This document shows, piece by piece, positions 59,863-64,000 of a DNA stretch of 64,000 nucleotides. The notes beneath the pieces were generated by a model. It saw only the letters and a program-made list of their open reading frames with translations, had not been told where the DNA came from and ran no database searches. A program made the position numbers and the translations under genes. The stretch comes from an uncultured virus (IMG/VR IMGVR_UViG_3300028027_000046). Lineage: Duplodnaviria > Heunggongvirae > Uroviricota > Caudoviricetes. The first letter of the stretch is position 1. Every line of letters starts with the position of its first letter. The stretch is from the IMG/VR virus record IMGVR_UViG_3300028027_000046, one strand, 5' to 3'.

Positions 59863-60273
59863 ATGAAAGTAAGTTTTGATTTTGATTCGACATTAGATAG
59901 ACCATCGGTACAAGATTTTGCTAAAACGTTGATTAACGATGGTATTGAGGTATGGATCATAACTAGTAGAATATCTATTGAATACGCTAAATCAAATCTG
60001 GATCAATTTACTATTAATCGTGTTGATAAAGCTAATCATAAGTTATTTAGAATAGCGGATAATTTAGGTATAAAACGAGAACACATTCACTTCACTAATA
60101 CTCAATTTAAAAGTGATTTTTTAGCAAATAAAAACTTTATATTTCATTTAGATGATGATTCGGATGAATTAATCGCTATACTAGAAAGTGGAGACAGTTG
60201 TAAACCAGTTAATGTAAATCATTTTGAGTGGGAACAAGATTGTAAATTACACATAAACAAAAATAAACCATGA
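59863..60273 (+). CDS. HAD-superfamily hydrolase
   Basis: VSFDFDSTL, ITSR, K, HLDDD. Confidence 0.8.
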   Translation: MKVSFDFDSTLDRPSVQDFAKTLINDGIEVWIITSRISIEYAKSNLDQFTINRVDKANHKLFRIADNLGIKREHIHFTNTQFKSDFLANKNFIFHLDDDSDELIAILESGDSCKPVNVNHFEWEQDCKLHINKNKP

Positions 60274-60572
60274 ACGAATTAAGAGACGCCATAGTATCCC
60301 AACCAAATAATATCCAGTACCCATCTTACGATGAATCTGATTTAGGTAATGAAATAGGGATTGTGTTAGGAATGTCATTAAATCAAGAACTAATTGAGAC
60401 ATTCATGGTGGGATTAAAACACGGAATATCATTATCCTATGGAACGCACGATTAAAAAATTCAGTTTGGCTACTGTCAATCAGACAATAAACATGATTAA
60501 ACTAATCGATCCAAACAACAACAGCGGGTTAATTGGATTTTGGAACAATGTAAAACTATATATCGAAAAAAA

Positions 60573-60788
60573 ATGAAAGGATACCCACAACCAGGAGAAA
60601 TTTGGCACCACTATAAAGGTGGTAAATATGAAATAATCGCTATGTGTAACCACACAACAACAGATGAAATATTAGTTATTTATAAATCATTATCATTTGG
60701 TGGTTTCCATGCTCGACCATACTCTGAATGGCACGATGATGTTAAAAGGAGTAATGGTTTTACAGTAAATAGATTTTATAAATTATAA
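60573..60788 (+). CDS. DUF1653-like protein
   Basis: WHHYKGGKYEI...VIYKSL...ARP. Confidence 0.8.
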   Translation: MKGYPQPGEIWHHYKGGKYEIIAMCNHTTTDEILVIYKSLSFGGFHARPYSEWHDDVKRSNGFTVNRFYKL

Positions 60789-60934
60789 AAATCAACCTAC
60801 AATGCATATCAAGGAGAGTGAACTTCCGAACAAACACAGGTAATAGAAATGAGCTAACTATTGTGGTTTTTAATGGAGGACGTGAGTTCTCCATTTTTTA
60901 TTCGTATATTCCATTATATTTAAAAATAAAGGTT

Positions 60935-61378
60935 ATGTTACACGAACTCCACATCGAATACAAAGACGGTAGAATCGAACACAAAATAATACACACCAAT
61001 CCAGGTGAACAAATCACTATTTACCCACAACGTGATGGTATTAAGTTTGCTAATCATAAACCGTTTAAATATAGAGTACCCGCTCATAATTACTTACCAG
61101 TAACTATAGTGCGTTTTGCTCATACTAATACTTGTAAAATATATCCTGCAAACATTGAATGTCACCCTAAAACCAAAATCAGTGATGTTGAGGTAATTGA
61201 GAAACGAGTAAATAAGCCACGTGAGGAAAAACCTAAAACATGGTTATTTGATAGTTCAAGTGGTACTGGAAAATATGAGGTAAGAATGACTCCGTATGGA
61301 TTGAAATGTAATTGTATGGGGGCTATTAGATCGAAACAGAATTGTAAACATATTAAAGAGGTGAGAGAAATACTTTAA
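60935..61378 (+). CDS. SWIM zinc-finger protein
   Basis: YEV...CNCMG...CKHI. Confidence 0.8.
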   Translation: MLHELHIEYKDGRIEHKIIHTNPGEQITIYPQRDGIKFANHKPFKYRVPAHNYLPVTIVRFAHTNTCKIYPANIECHPKTKISDVEVIEKRVNKPREEKPKTWLFDSSSGTGKYEVRMTPYGLKCNCMGAIRSKQNCKHIKEVREIL

Positions 61379-61437
61379 TAAAGGACAATGATTATTACCG
61401 ATGAATTCGCATATTTAAGCATATTAAAAATAAAATT

Positions 61438-64000
61438 ATGGAAAATAGAATAAAAATTGGAGATGAATGGTACGTTAAAGAATCATCAATAAACAAAACA
61501 GAAGAGTCAATCCATATTGATGCAACTATGTCTCAACACATAATATTTGAAACAGATGAATGCTGTTTTGATGTATCCAGAATATACAGAGATGATGAAG
61601 AAACATTTTATGATGATGTATCTATAGAATTTACAGATAAACGCCCGGCCGATAGAGAAGATTGGAAAACAGAGTATTGGGACAACAATACATGGATGAT
61701 AGGGGTGTTAGCTGATGATGAAATAGCATTAAACGGGGCTAGAGAATCATTAAATGAAAAAGGTATTTTAGAATTAAAATACGTTATTAGACAATTAATT
61801 AATAAAGGTTGGATTTCAAAAGTGATTAATCATGGATAAGCACGAAGAATTAGACAATTGGGAAAACGTCCGTTACCGAATGAAACATGAAGGCATAGAA
61901 TATTGCTTTAGACATTATAGTGATTTTAGGGAAATTGATGACCAAGCATTCCATTTACTCAGAATGTTTATAGTTGAGGCTATGGAAAAAATGGAAACGT
62001 TAGTTCATAATAGAATCGATGAATTAGAAAATCAAATATCAGAAGATGAATAGTGAAATTAAAAACTGTGTTGGTGAAATAATTGATATGTTATGTAATA
62101 GATCAGGATTCGATGATTGGTGGTTTAACCTTAACGATGAATTAGAAAAGGAAATCACAGACGAATTAGAAGAAATTGTTAAAAAACGATTTAATAAAAT
62201 AAAAACATATGAATAGCGAAGAAATATCACGAGTGTTTGCTCGTATCGAAAGATTAAGGGATGAAGGTAAATTACCTCAAATCACCCCGGAAGACTATGA
62301 AAACGAACCAACAGCACTAGCCTTCACACCATATGATGACGGATTTCACATATCCGAACCAAACGCCTATTACCGACGAGACGATTTATACCGAGCGTTT
62401 GTAACTGGGTATAAAATGGGTCTATTAGAAATAGATGAATTACAGTTGGATGCTGAATTTATCATATTTAAAGAAAGATTAGATAGTGAGGACGAAGATA
62501 TTTAAATTCTAGTTCGTATATTCCCGATATAAATAAAGAGATATCATGACTGATAGAGCAAAACAAACATTACGAAACTATATTAATGATGTAGGTGGTA
62601 TTGAATCATTTCCTAAAGGTAAAAGATTGACATACCTTAGAGCATGGGTCAGAATGTTAAATAGTTGGGAATTAACGGGATGTTATGATAAAATGGAATC
62701 CTTTTATGATTTTACAATTAGTGACAAACCAATAATACCTATAAAATGATAGTTATGAAAACAGCAATAGAATGGTTACAGAGTCAATTTGAGAATACTG
62801 ATGACACAGAATTAGTTTCTATGAACATTGAGGTTTGGTTTAAAATAGCCAAAGAAATGGAAAAGCAACAGATAATTAAAGCGAATGAAGAAAATATGAT
62901 GTCATTCACCGATGGAGAACAATACTACAACGAAACCTTCAACAAAGGACAATGATTATTACAGACAAATTCGTATATTCCAGCATATTAATAATTAAAT
63001 AAATAAAATTATGATACTATTTTTATTAAGAGTGATACTAACGATTGTTTGGATTCATACAATGTGTCCTATATGTGTGTTATTCTCATTATTATTATGG
63101 GATTTAGAATATATTAATAAAGGGGCTGAAATATTTGAGTTACTTTGGAATGTTAAAGATTAAAGGTTATGAAAAAAGATAAATTAACAGTATTTGTAGA
63201 TAGAATGAAACTATTAGGAATTGATGTTAAATTAGCAGGTAATTTTCCATGGATTTATATTAATTCAATTAATGGTAAACGAGTAACTGAAATATTCGAA
63301 GCAAATCATGGTTTTACAATTGCTTTTTTACCAATTAAAAATGATAAGGAAATAGAATTTACAGACATAACAGAAATCTTTAAATTAATAAGAAAGTATG
63401 TTACCGAGGACATAAAAAATTAAACACTCATTCGTATATTCCAGTATATTAAAAAATTAACAGTTATGAAAACAATAGAAGAAATTAAATCAGATATTTT
63501 AGCATCATTAGGCCAACAAGACAATCCAGTTGGTATCCTATTAGAAGAATATTTAAAGAAGGTTATTACCGACATAGTTAGAGATAAATTAATAGATTTC
63601 CAAATATATTTAAATGATGAGGGATTAATTACAGGCCATGATTGGACATTTGAGGATAAGGCAAATGAGTATTTAGGAGCTGATCCTATTGAATAGGACA
63701 AAGATTATTACCGATGAATTCGTATATTTAAGTATAAAATTAAGAGATATGAAAAACATACACATACTCATAGCAAAAGAGGGGAGCCCAAGTAGATTAC
63801 ATATTAATGCTATTGGTAATTTGGGGCTGAACCCAGGTTTTACTCCAATAAACGATCCTTTAGCGTTATATATCACATCTGATGAAGAGATTAAAGATGG
63901 TGATTGGTGTTTGGATAAGTTTAATCAAAGATGGAAATTAAAAGATAAAAAACTAATAGCTTTTGATAGTAAAGGAATAAAAAGATTTTCAACAGATAAT
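61438..64000 (+). other. run of small hypothetical genes, last one running off the window
   Basis: Co-oriented 60-130 aa ORFs, several with their own promoter motif. Confidence 0.6.

Noticed and set aside
61382..63730. AGGACAA..ATTATTACCGA repeats as a CRISPR array or mobile-element ends
   Set aside because: Copies are irregularly spaced, separated by whole genes, and always end in the promoter motif.
1..64000. Stop-codon reassignment
   Set aside because: TAA, TAG and TGA all end well-defined genes and the long conserved genes are uninterrupted; the single in-frame TAA at 38967 is local.

Overview
A 64 kb segment of a large dsDNA tailed phage genome, almost all coding on the + strand in the standard genetic code. 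The host is probably Bacteroidota (inference): start codons lack Shine-Dalgarno sites and follow AAGTT/AGGTT, the tmRNA tag is of the G...AA type, and there are lipobox-KK lipoproteins. In order, the window holds: a class Ia ribonucleotide reductase alpha gene fractured by a split intein around a GIY-YIG endonuclease; a lysis pair; a translation island (tRNA-Ala, a 280-aa stripped alanyl-tRNA synthetase, a tRNA with CAU anticodon, a circularly permuted two-piece tmRNA, tRNA-Ser, tRNA-Thr and several unexplained structured RNAs); a 7-deazaguanine cluster (DpdA-like, queC, two queD, queE, folE, plus hpt and a MazG-like enzyme); family B DNA polymerase, clamp and clamp loader; groES/groEL; a Cas4-like nuclease; Sir2; a 9 kb glycosyltransferase cluster; a thymidylate synthase split into two polypeptides by a second GIY-YIG gene; and many small hypothetical genes. 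The strongest candidates for new biology are: (1) an alanine-centred ribosome-rescue module; (2) two QueD copies on either side of an endonuclease gene that have lost complementary active-site motifs; (3) three different ways of tolerating endonuclease insertion in one genome; (4) a precisely spaced AGGAC-N22-GTATATT promoter class; (5) swappable RMQxLAG-tagged late gene cassettes. All family assignments come from motif recognition by eye; no database search was run.
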